DNA of 64,000 bases from Trichoplax adhaerens (taxonomy: Eukaryota > Animalia > Placozoa), in assembly GCF_000150275.1 (NCBI RefSeq), contig NW_002060944.1:3324152-3388151 (forward strand), read 5' to 3'. The position numbers and the translations under genes are program-made. Shown piece by piece: positions 18,901 to 33,600 of the stretch (the stretch's first letter is position 1; the number at the start of each line of letters is the position of its first letter). The notes beneath the pieces were generated by a model. The model made no database searches. It was given only the letters and a program-made list of their open reading frames with translations, and was not told the origin of the DNA.

Positions 18901-20076
18901 ATCTTATTTAACCTTAGGTGTACATTATAGTAGTAGATATCTAATATAAGTATAACTAAGCGTAGTGATTGCTTTCTTAGAGTAGTAAATAATCTATCTA
19001 TTTAAGTGAGATGAAATCCAGAGCGTTAAAGCAGTATGTCTGAGGTTAACTATATTGATTCTATTCCATCTTAGGTATACATCCACTATAAAGTAGATAT
19101 CTTATATACCTAAGCGTATTGATTACTTTCTTATAGTAGTCAATCATGTATGGAATTCAGTATGGTAAATCTATAGCGTTAAGCGGTATGCCTGAGGTTA
19201 ATTGTATAGAGTCGAATGCACCTTCAGGTACACACTCGTAGTAGTATCCTATATAACGAAGCGTAGTGATTACTTTGTTGGCGAAAGTATTAACAAGTTG
19301 TTATAAGTAATCGTATACCGTATAAGATATCAGTACTGTAAGGATAATAGGCAACTTTACTACAAGATATAGTCAGTACGATACTCATATGTAGAAATAG
19401 TTGTTCTACAATTACATAAGTATATCTATCTATATATATAAATATATATTATTTGTACTGAATGCGGAAGCATATTGGTATAGTTTTATCGCCGCTGCAG
19501 CTCGCTAACCATGCCCCATCATGACTCCAATCGACACACCAGATACGATCTGTATGACCTATTGGATACGAAATCAATACATTCAATAGATTAGTTATAA
19601 AAAAAAGTCAATTGTAACCGTGGATTTACATTTCAGTAGCAATCATTTCGCCTCTTGTATCAATGAAATTAAGTCAGTTGGATGAGAAAATGTTGGTGCA
19701 AAATAAATTGTAAATTCAACAAGGACACTTGATTTGTGGTCGATTCGTGCCATCTTAAGCTTCACCATATGACTATCAAGTCTGAGTCCATAAGTAATAA
19801 TGAGTAATACTGTAGTCATAGGCTATCGATGTAGAAATAAGTAGACAACTAATTGTACAAAGATAGCTGGATTAGGCCACATTTACTGGGCCTAGGTGCA
19901 GCCTATTTGAACTTGGACCTGTGTCTTGGCTGACGGATGATACACTAGACACCAACGCATTGCATACAACATCATATCATTCATGTGATCCAACACGCCT
20001 CTTATTTTACAAGGTAATAACTTAAGAAATATCAGCAACCTTTTAATATTTGAAGCACTTCGATGGTAGAGGCCAT
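15944..20076 (-). CDS. CIAO1: Cytosolic Fe-S assembly WD40 protein CIAO1/Cia1, about 13 exons
   Basis: [24 protein letters not shown]..., [91 protein letters not shown]. An alternative terminal exon ending at 15723 is possible. Confidence 0.95.
18824..19280. repeat. Three diverged tandem copies of a ~155-160 bp unit inside CIAO1 intron 2
   Basis: Units start at about 18824, 18984 and 19138 and share ...AGCGTTAA...CTGAGGT...AGGT...GTAG...AAGCGTA(G/T)TGATT(G/A)CTTT. Confidence 0.8.
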
Positions 20077-20779
20077 ACTGACTCGTTGTAACTAATAGAT
20101 TGAAATTGTAAAGTACTGGATTGAAGGATATTTATTTCTTATTTCTTGCCTTTTGCAGTCACAACTTGACTCATAAGAAGGAGGTAGTCCTGACGATCTG
20201 GTACTAGTACGGTATACATTACTACCAATCTACCCATACCAGTGATACCACCCATGGACCACCGGATACACTCTACGGTATACGGTACCATGGACCTGCA
20301 GAATCTGGATTGTACACGTCCGTACCACCGTCGTCCGAAGCACATCCGTCAACGGATTTCCTGTACTGTACAGTACAGTATTGTACTGACTACTGACTGC
20401 ACACTTCAGTGGTTTGACCATTCAAACACGGCCTTCATGGTCTACAGTAGTAGTCCATGTTGTTTCAGTAAATGTGGCATCGATCTAAATCGAATCATAG
20501 TACCGTACTTTGGTCCTCTTTGATATAGTCATAGACTTGTGGATACCTTGTGGTCAGTCCATGATACAGTAATCTACGCCAGTCGGACTGATACTTATGA
20601 ACTACTAAACTCCAATATATTTTAGTAGTCCGTGCATCAAGTGACTTCAAGCCTTGACGCAATATCCACGCCTTGATTCCTGTACTGACAGACAGGCGGA
20701 CGAGACTTCTTGGAGGAAGTGACGGCAAATCACACTACCCGGTCATCGATGACACTTACTGAGTACTGAGTACCGTTGG

Positions 20780-21110
20780 CTTGCATGTACAGTACTGTAC
20801 ACTGTACACTGTACAGTACAGTACTGTAAATCAGCGTGGCCTTTTTCTTTCTCTTTTGCACGGTACAGAGTTCAGTACAGAGTCGACTGTACTGTAAAAT
20901 TGTACTGTACACTGTACACTGTACTGTACTGTACACTGTACAGTACAGTACTGTATCACGAATAGACCTGAGAAAGGTTCGGTTTGGCTCGATACGGTTC
21001 AATACCTTTATGATCTACAGTAGTGTACTGTACTGTACTGTACACAGTACCGTATACAGTACAGTATTCACGAATCATACTCTACGGTGTACAGTGCATA
21101 GTACTGTACT
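20780..21110. promoter_or_regulatory. Dense ACTGTAC/TACTG/CAGTA array between the divergent CIAO1 and cytochrome c genes
   Basis: For example GTACAGTACTGTACACTGTACACTGTACAGTACAGTACTGTA and TGTACTGTACACTGTACACTGTACTGTACTGTACACTGTACAGTACAGTACTGTA. Confidence 0.55.
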
Positions 21111-22724
21111 TGGACTATCAATGAGCAAACTCTTCATTTTGGTCCACCACTGCGCAGACTTCTGAATGTATGGGAGCGTACGTAGCCCTTAGACGAGTGA
21201 AAAAGACCTTTTTTTAGTCTTGTTTGAGTAGTCGATCGCGTGACGTAGAACGTACGTGACGCCACTGGTATGATCGAAGTTTTACAGTAGATTGCATCAC
21301 GTATTCGACACGCAGGGACTGTACAGATTGCCCAAGTAGTAGTGACCTGGCGTATCTGACGCGCACGTTGTACTTCAAGTCCATTCGGTTGTCGATTTTC
21401 GCCGGTTGAAGATTCCACAAGGTAAAATTGCTTCGCTCTGTAGATAGTTGTACTAATTGAATTCATCACCTTGGATTAATGATGTTATTGGATCAAGAGA
21501 GAGATTGGGATAGCGTTTTCAATTTACTTTTGACTACCCAATCCATACTGACATTGCTTGACTACTGATTTTGGACTGCACTTGTACGCAATCATGTGGA
21601 CAAGATTGGTATCGAACGTGGTCAATGAACGATGAATGACTGATAATTAACATACGCTTTCCAGAATGCCTTGATTAATGAATTAAAAAAAGTTCAATGT
21701 GAAAGGAAGATAGATTACTTATACACAGTCAGTCAAGTTTCAATCAATATGAAATAGTCCTTATTTATATGGGTTGGGTAGATGACTTTCTCCATGACTT
21801 GTGTACAACAGTAGCTAGACATGTTTTAGACATTCATCGCAATCGAAATACCAAGTGCAGTTAGTATATCATCGTTTCATCAATATTATTATTATTTATC
21901 ATTATTAACAATGCAGTCATACTAGTAGAATACTTGATGGTGTAATACAATAAATTAATGATGCATTTGTTAACAAGAAAAAACACTTCATAGCAGATTA
22001 TGTAGCATACTACTGCATACGTGCAGCTATTTTGATTGAATGACCAATATGGTAGATGAATTCATGCCGCTACATCCATTACCTTACAGTATTAAAATAA
22101 GAAATCGATCCTTCCCTAAATGAACATTGATTACTTTATGTACAATTTAGAAGATACTGTAGTCAGTGGATAGACTAAAAGCAATTTCAAGTAACCTCAG
22201 TAAGGTATATACCATTATGTACTGCACGTCGATCCATCATGAAGGCAAAAGATGCTATGGTTGAGAAATTTAAAACCTAATGATTGTAAATGACAGTACA
22301 CTACATCCTATATGTTTTATGTAAATGATGATGATGATAGCCATTGACCAGACTTTGCAAATTTCACCACTGCACAAGGTGCTTGGAAAATATGTTTATA
22401 TACCAATGTGGTGATACTCTCAATTGATGCGTATCAACATCTAAAAGTAATGTGTTTGATCACATCGAGTTTCTGCAATAGACTGATTCTTCCGTCAATG
22501 CAAAATGGCGCTACTGTATTTAGCGTACATAATGCGATTCAGTGCCATTCGACTCTGTAATTGATTTACATACTGTAAATTTAGTACATACGGTGTCGTA
22601 TCAACTCCTACAGAATGGATACATTGCTACGACATATGTCGTTTGTTATGAGCTGTTGGCGAATTCATAGGATCTCTATTGACTAATCAGAAGTATCTTG
22701 TTGTATGCAACAGCATTTCTAGAA

Positions 22725-23572
22725 ATGAGTGTTCCTGATGGTGATCCAACAAAGGGTGCAAAACTTTTCAAGCAACGCTGTTCCCAATGCCACACCACCG
22801 AAAAGGTAATTCAATATGCTAGATAATAAAGTGATGAATATGTGGCTTTGCTAAAATGTTACCTTAGTGTTAGTTAATGAGATTGATGACTTCAAATAGT
22901 CGTAATGATCATGATTATAAAGTAGTCAATTTTTAAATGTGGATACTGAAGATGATAAAATGAACGTATAGCAACACTATGGATGAAATGCTCACGCAAT
23001 GACATTATAATCTTTTGCAGGGTGGAAAGCATAAGACTGGACCTAATTTACATGGCTTGATTGGAAGAAAAACGGGTCAAGCACCTGGATTCACTTATAC
23101 CCCTAGTAATATTAACAAAGGTATGGTTTATTGCATAATAAATGCCTAGATTACAAGTTAGCAAAACAAGACAATATTGATCACTGTATTAATCCTTAAT
23201 TAATATGTGGAACTTACAAAGGTATCACTTGGGGACCTGATACCCTCTTCCAATATTTGGAAAATCCCAAAAAATACATCCCTGGTCAGTTTATGAAATA
23301 TTTTGTCGCTAAAGGACTATCCTAATTGTGCATAATCTAAGCGTTCAAACTATAATTTCGGATTGCATTCAATTTAGGAACTAAAATGGTATTTGCTGGC
23401 TTGAAGAAAAAGAATGAACGAGCCGGTAAATTGCGATTGTGACAAATACTTATCGTCAACTGATTGATCTTGAGTGTATTTGTTAACAGTAGGTTAAGTG
23501 CTGAATTAATCCAACTATTTATATTTACAATTTTTAGATCTAATCGCCTTTTTAAAGGAAGCAACGAAATAG
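22725..23572 (+). CDS. CYCS: Cytochrome c, 5 coding exons (22725-22805, 23021-23120, 23222-23284, 23378-23425, 23538-23572), 108 aa
   Basis: [108 protein letters not shown]. It has the CxxCH heme motif and the axial Met. The ORF track misses it. Confidence 0.98.
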
Positions 23573-24347
23573 TTATGGATGTGGTAGAGGATGATGTAAC
23601 TATTATCGCTATTTCCCTGTTATTTCATTCTGTAGTACCGTCGACTATGATGTACTTTAGAATTTTTTAATGGTGAACTTTTCATCGATGCGTACTTATT
23701 ACATTAGTAGAATCGGTAAATACTTAGCTGCTTAATTAGCCTAACAACTTCATAATTCAGATCAATACCAGAAAGTTTATCAATAAAACTTATTTAATCC
23801 AACTAGCTTAATTAGATTAAGTTTCGTGCGTCTCTTTACGTTGCATTTTGTGGTGCAATGTTCAATGACTACATAATTGTTTTCAACTACGAAGAGTTGA
23901 AGTATCCGCTTGATGGTTATGCACTTACTGTGGAACTGCGGGAAATCAAATAAGATAATGCGCTTGCTATCAAAACTCATACTGCTAAGAATAGCGTTTT
24001 GTGTTCATGAAACGCCAGATTCAAACGTAGCAATAGAAAACTCAGAGAGATGAAGGTTTAACAACAATTTATTGCATTCATAAGCAGTAAACATGAAATA
24101 GATAGTTGTAGCAGATACCATAACATCTAACTTCTATATAGGCAATTCTATGTGCTGCCATAATACAATTAAGTATACGCGGTACCCTAATTAATCAAGT
24201 ACGTGTTCAATATACTGTATGACCTATAACATTTGTATTACAGTACAAACGAAAGTACTGTACTCACACGGCTGTTGGTAATCTCTATGATCTGTAATGC
24301 GTCGAAAATCGTACTCAATTTCATGGTTTCTAGAACTTCTGCACGAT

Positions 24348-26838
<2,491 letters not shown>

Positions 26839-27319
26839 TCTGATCGATGTCTAACGCTGTTAATTTGTCGAAAATCAAGTTATTTAGTTTTTATTGGTTT
26901 AAGTCAATTCACTTTCGATTAAGTATTGATCAAGAACCTGTCGCGTTTAGTAGTTGAACGTAAACGATGAGCGTAAATTAAAATTTAAAAATATTTTAGT
27001 TGGCTGTAAAGAAAAATACTGTATTATTCTTTTAGACACTAATCTATCGTTTTATAACATCAGCTAAATCTTATCGCAGGAATTTTACATTATATCAATT
27101 TTTAGTATCGTCACATTTAGCTAACATTTGTAATCTATATTAATGTTTTAAATTTAATTTCATTTATTTCTTGTTTATGACATACGAGTATTGGCGTTTA
27201 TGTAAGCACTTTTAAAATCTCGAGTGCGTACTATACTTGTGACTTGTCACACCTGACTGCCTCATTGTACAGTGTTCAGTACCGTATTGTTAGAGACTTT
27301 CTAAGGGAAACCTAAGCAT

Positions 27320-27461
27320 TAGGCCCGTTCATAATAACCCCGATTACTCAAGATACTCAGCGTGAATAGCTTCAACGATGATACATTATTCTAGGAGTCT
27401 CCTAGCCCGTTCATAATAACCCTGAGTAGCTGAGTAATCGGGGTTATTATGAACGGGCCTG
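27320..27461. mobile_element. 142-bp non-autonomous DNA transposon (MITE), hAT-like
   Basis: Perfect 30-bp inverted repeat AGGCCCGTTCATAATAACCCCGATTACTCA (27321-27350 and 27431-27460), TAGG...CCTG ends, and an 8-bp direct repeat CTAAGCAT on both flanks (27312-27319, 27462-27469). Confidence 0.75.
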
Positions 27462-29191
27462 CTAAGCATTGTCATCTTAGAAGTCGATGCTTAGTCAGGT
27501 TTAGCCTAATGCTTGAACGCGCTACAGTGGTAGAAGTTAAATGCACTTTGTAAAAACTCTTTCATTTCCATAAATACTACAAGCGAGATTTCATCATCAA
27601 ATGGTATCTAATACGATTACAAAGGAGAGACACGACTGGTAATTAATTAAGCAAACTTGAAATGCCCGCCGGTGTTATAACTTATATAAGCTATTTTAAA
27701 TAGAATTTCTAATAGTTCTATACGCGTACATAAAGAAATTGAAGTTACCACCAGCACAACAATGGTTTATACGATATTGTTGAAGGCCAATACGAATATT
27801 CTACTATACATACTCCAACGTACGCTGTTAACGCTATTGATTATCATACTTTATTACACTGGGAAAAGATCGGGGCAGTGTGGTATGGTATATGTACTGT
27901 AGACTTGAATGCGGTACATTTGGACAATTTTGGGACCTTATGTTATAGTAGAATAAATAAAATAAATGACAGATTGTGAAAGCGTGATATATACATGTAT
28001 ATACGTACAGTAGTGTAGTGATGGAGGAATGATAGATAGGTCGACATTCTGTGTGAAAGCACTTTTACATCTACTGTATTGGTAACAATCGCTTGCAGCC
28101 ATCACCTCGATACGAATATTTTCATGAATAAAGTATACTGTATATACATGTTTTATACATACCATCAAAAACGGTAGCTGCTACCGATATGATTGAAAGC
28201 AATATATCCAAAAGTATAGATAGAAATGAGTTCAAATTCGCAGTCGGCGTACAGTATTAGCCGATAACTATCAATTACACTATTTGGAGTGTTCCATTTT
28301 TGGGGTACTGTTTACTCTTTGATAACGTAAAGTACTTGAATATTAATTAATTATTGTGGCAATGCGCTGCCGCTACGACACTGTAAATACTGTACTGTAC
28401 TATGCGTATCTGTACAGTATACAGTAGGTAGACTTAGCGATCATGCCGGACATGCTTTCATAATATTCTCAACAGAAATGTCCTATGAAATGAAGTTAAT
28501 CATAATGTCTAATGTTACTGAAAGGAAATACTGTACTGTACGCGTATAATATAAAATCAAGTCTGCGGTGCCAAGTTAAAATGTCAAGCAATATTATTCG
28601 AATATCCAGTACGTACAGTACAGTATGCATGATTGCCTTCCCTATCATGTGTAATACTGTAGGTGTAAATTATAATGTCTACTGAGTGCTGCAATTTTTA
28701 CTAATTCAGTTAAATTACTAATAAGGATACTGAAGGTGTAAAATGCAAAATTGATTATTTTGCAAGCTTTCAAAGCGTCCAGGCTATTCTTGCAATGCAT
28801 TTGACTACATCGTAGGATTGATTTTTCTCCCGCTGGCGATACGTTTAATGAAATTATTTAATTAATGCGGTACAGAACATACTATACGAGTACAAGCGTA
28901 CGCATCTGTTCTGTATGTAAAGAGCTGATGAACGATTCTCTCCAGCAAGCTTCTATGGAAATAGCCGGTGGTACTGCAACAATGAAACTTCTGACTAAGA
29001 TACTGTCCGTATACATGGATTCAATATTAACTACATATACCATAGGCTCGACATGATTGCCCTTTACTCCAAGTCTTTGGCTACTGATAGCACAGATAGA
29101 AATATACGAGTACACTACTGTACAGTGATATTAGCAAGAAGAGGGATGGACAACGAGTCTGGAGATTAAGCTTGCGGTTACGTAACAAAAA

Positions 29192-29221
29192 CCATCACCT
29201 TAGCACAAGCTAAGGTGATGG
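29192..29221. other. Perfect 13-bp stem-loop flanked by A-runs
   Basis: CCATCACCTTAGC-ACAA-GCTAAGGTGATGG. Confidence 0.8.
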
Positions 29222-29895
29222 AAAATACGGATATAACTATAATGAATGGAATAAGTAATTGAACAAGCAGATTAATCAACTCATGCAATTGCATGAATAC
29301 TTGAAATTAGGTCCTTCCCAACTTTGTTACGTTGTATCAGTGTTAAGTCAAAAAATTTGAACGACCGAAATGTAGTGTTCACAGCAGGTCTGCTTGAATT
29401 CTTCAACAACATTGTGGTACGTGACACCAAAAAGTAGCTATGGTTGCAGTTGAATTTTTTTTTTTGCAAGCCTGTGCATTTCTAGTACAGTCTGCCGATG
29501 TCGAGAATGTGCCTTGGGTCAAGTGTAAGGTATGATTGATCCTATTTCAAGATGGCTTACCTATCGCTGAGATGGTGGAAGGTGGGTGATTTTCAAGGAG
29601 GAATGGAGTAGGTACAAGATTTCCTGACTGCCAATTGAAGCGAATAACATCGACTTTTATGGCGGTATAGTACTGCTTACTGCGGAACTGTACTTACTGT
29701 AGGTCTTACTGAAAAGAGCATTTAGGTGCTGTTGCATCAACAGTGTGGAACAAAGGTACGGTGACTACTTGCCCAGTGTCACTTCTTGGACGGCTGAGCT
29801 ACAGTGCGATTGATACAGTACAGTACAGTATGTACTGTACACTGTACACAGTACGGGATTTTGACAAAATTGAAAGCCCCTGTACTTACTTACTG

Positions 29896-30145
29896 TAAAA
29901 GGGCATGAATCTACTACTACAGAGTGCTTAAAAACTCGATGATTACCCCAGTATACACAATACACATATCATACACTTCTTCAACTACTCAACCATTCAT
30001 TAAAGTGCCCTGTCTAAAAGGGCATGAGTCTACTACTACAGAGTGCTTAAAAACTCGATGATTACCCCAGTATACACAATACACATATCATACACTTCTT
30101 CAACTACTCAACCATTCGTTAAAGTACCCTGTCTAAAAGGACATC
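29896..30145. repeat. Recent 119-bp tandem duplication (2 copies plus a fragment) upstream of PLAA
   Basis: Copies start at 29896, 30015 and 30134 (TAAAAGGGCATGA...). The two full copies differ at about 3 positions. Confidence 0.9.
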
Positions 30146-30504
30146 AACCCTAACTAGAAAGAAATGATGCCATCTTGACCACATTTCATACGGAATAACA
30201 GGGCTAGCTTACAGTGTGAATTGACGATGAATGAAACGATAGACTGTCGGTCTAGTCTTGCCAGCCAAGAGCTGTAATAACGGTACTCAGATGGCGGTAA
30301 TACCACTAAGTGCTACACCAGTCACTTGTACGCGGAGTCACTCTGCCTACGACACAGTAGCAGACATTGTGACTCGTAGCGCAGTCGTGCGTAGTGTCGC
30401 TTCACCACAAAATGAATGTCATTCGACTGCTGTTACGCTACCGTCAATGTCTTACTATTGTCATTCGACACGATCAACACCGACTCAGCACTCAGCAGTC
30501 AACA

Positions 30505-30611
30505 CCGGACTGTACAGTGTACAGTGTAGAGTACTGTAGTGGACAGTGACCTCATAGCTTCACACCACTACTATATAAAGTGAAGCTACGCCACACAAAG
30601 ACAACGTCAGT
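30505..30611 (+). promoter_or_regulatory. Putative PLAA core promoter (ACTGTACAGT motifs, TATA-like box, Inr-like TCAGT)
   Basis: ACTGTACAGTGTACAGTG at about 30510, TATATAAAG at 30572 and TCAGT at 30607, about 55 nt before the ATG. The TATA-Inr spacing is slightly longer than canonical. Confidence 0.35.
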
Positions 30612-30663
30612 GCCCAGTCGACAAATTTGACAGAAAATCACCGAGCAGCAAGACGCAGAAAAA

Positions 30664-33600
30664 ATGGATTCAAAGAACCAATTTCGCTTAAGTGCAGTCC
30701 TCTCTGGCCACGAATCGGATATACGTTCTATTTGTCAATCACCTCAAGCGGGTGTTATTACAGCATCCAGAGATAAATTAGCCAAATTATGGTATCCTGA
30801 TCAACAGGGAATTTATCACCAGTCAATGACCTACGTTGGACATCAAGACTACATCAATTCGATGTGCGTCATGCCACCTAGTAGCGATTATCCTGATGGT
30901 AAGATTGAAATTGGACGATGATTCCATCCATAACCTCTCTGCTTAGGATAAATAGTAGCTAGTTTAAGCTCAGAAGTAGCATTTAATGGATTCATTATGA
31001 CAGTTGTTGGTCGTAAATGACGCTAAATAGATCTAGGCTTGATGGGCAAAGCCTTGTGTCATTTCCACGAGCTGCCACAATCGTTTTGAAACATCAATTA
31101 CACTAGGGTCGACATACAGTATCCAACTCACGCAATAGACAGTAGTATCACGTAGTAGCCAAGAACTAAATGGAGACGATAGTCGTTACAGGAACCTAAC
31201 TTGCCCCTCGTACAGTTACTACAACAAATTGTACTATTGAATTGTTCTGTTATAAATATCATCCCATGGATACAATCGTAGCGTAAGGGAGAAGCCATCG
31301 TTGACCTAATTTCAACAGTTTGCGATGATTTCTTAGTTCTATTTCTGATTGACTTCAAACTCATTCAAAGGTAGTGTAGCGTTGTATAACGTTCTCATGA
31401 AAGATAGACAGAATGAGGAGTGAAAGCTTTTCACTGAGATCATGACTTATTGATAATCATAATTTCTCAATATTGTACTGTAATAATCCAATACAATAAA
31501 TTCAATTCATGACAAATAACCAATATCAAAAAGCCAATGTCTACAATCATAGCATCTATGACGGTATGCTTAGCATTGATTGACATTGCAAAGGGACCTA
31601 GAATACCAAGTTCAATAGAATACAGCATACGAGGACTCATATGTAGCGCACTAGATGCAATTTATGCAGAAATCATGATCAACAGGCATCACTGTTGATG
31701 TGAATAGTTAACTTACAGTAGAATGAAATATTTAGAATTGTTGTGGTAGAGGACATGCAATTAATTTCAACACTTTATTTACTGTAAATCGTTCTAAACA
31801 CAAACTATTGTAGGAGTAGCAATATCCATGTTGATCCAAAACGATCGCTATAGCAAATGCAATAGTAGTGTTCACAGCTTTACTTTTTCATCCTAGCATA
31901 ATAATCGTTACTCGATTGGATGAATAAACTCTTACTCTATGCTGTAAAGTATACAGTATCGTATAGGAACAGTTCAAGTTACTCGGTAGACAAAGCGCTA
32001 ATGTCAATAATGATCATTTAATATGTATTACCTGGGGCAGATATTCAAATTCAAAGATGACTGTCATTCGTGCAGATATTAGATGAATTAGAACTATACA
32101 AAACGTTTTGACTTTGTAATGCAAGAAAGTAAATTACTGTAGATAGCACGCACCAGTACAGTATATATCTTCAACTCGTACTAGTGCCATTGCTACCTAA
32201 TTCCGCGATTAAACGATCACGCTCATATTTCACTGCTAGCTGATAGTACCGTTTCCTAATTATGCAGTCGATTCTTCAATACGTTAGGCTTATGATGACT
32301 TTTGAATTCTTCTATTTCGTTCGATGGAGTAATCCACCAAGCAGAAATTACTAATCACTGATGTCATTGGAGCTTTATCGCCGTTGAATTACTTTCTTTT
32401 GATTGCATAAACAGTTGTACAGAAGGATGCCATTCTTACAATTTATGGGAAGATTATAAACACTTAATTTTAATTAGTAACTGAATTGTGCACTTATTTA
32501 TATACGCATGCACATTGCACACACCACGAGCGTAATACTGCAACAATATCTCCTTAAATGAGTAAAATACTGTATTTTGCATCCATTATGTGCATACATT
32601 TGTTGCTATAAAAATAAAACAATCGATTGTAAATGACTACAGGCAAATTGTTACTACGTAATTACGTACTGACATCATCATGGTATCACTTAAATATTGC
32701 TAAATTAAAATAATATATTGATAAATCGTACATTACTATAGATCCAAATTGCATAAAGCAATTAATCTTAAATTCAAATAAATTTATGTTACAAAAGTTA
32801 ATAGCTAAATACTAACTTAAACTGCTTACGAATTATTTCTATGCAATATTGTTCCCATATCATTATAGAATCATAAAAAAAGTTAGGTTACAAAGATTCT
32901 GTATTGACATATGAAAAACCACAGATCAAGAACATTTACCTTAAGAGTAATTCAATTTAAGTTGATCCATAGAAGTTATTAATACGTAGATACGGGTATT
33001 CAATGACTGACAGCAAATTGTTAGTATGTAATTTCATTCTCATGCCATCATAGTATTATTGTATTATTGAAATATTGGATGTATAACACATAAAAGATTC
33101 TTAATAAAAAGTAGATTAAAATCGTCCAGCATCATTTCAATTAAGTTAGTCTGTAAAAGTAAAGATACTAACAGCAAAGTGAATAATTAGTGTGCAATCT
33201 TTCGTCCTCATATCATGATAACACAGTATCGCTTGAAACTTGGTACAGTATATAAAGTGATTTGATATGCTAGTAAAACTAATCGAATAATACACAAGAC
33301 TGGTTCAATTATATACTGTATATAGAATGTAATCGACAAAGTTAATGATTAAATACGAATGCAACATGACATATAATACTGTGCTCTTCTAAAACCTGCA
33401 TATTTTTAACTTACACAAGTATCGTAATGATTATTTTCCGGAATAGGAGTTATCTTTACTGGTGGACATGACAATCTAATTCTTGGATTTTTACCAAATA
33501 AAACAGGTGTCGATTGATTGATCATTCAATTAATTTATAGTCAATTATGCAATCGTTTTTAGTAGCAATTGATAAATATCGTCGTAGCTAATTTATTTCT

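Noticed and set aside
20139-21469. Many overlapping 60-110 aa ORFs rich in Y/C/T/V/S
   Set aside because: They are translations of the ACTGTAC/TACTG low-complexity array on both strands and show no protein-like signal.
28865-29115. Overlapping 63-aa and 77-aa ORFs between PK and PLAA
   Set aside because: No recognisable homology or splice support; probably intronic or intergenic.
29896-29930. AAAAGGGC start resembling the U11 snRNA 5' end
   Set aside because: The similarity ends after 8 nt, and no U11 stem-loops or Sm site are evident.
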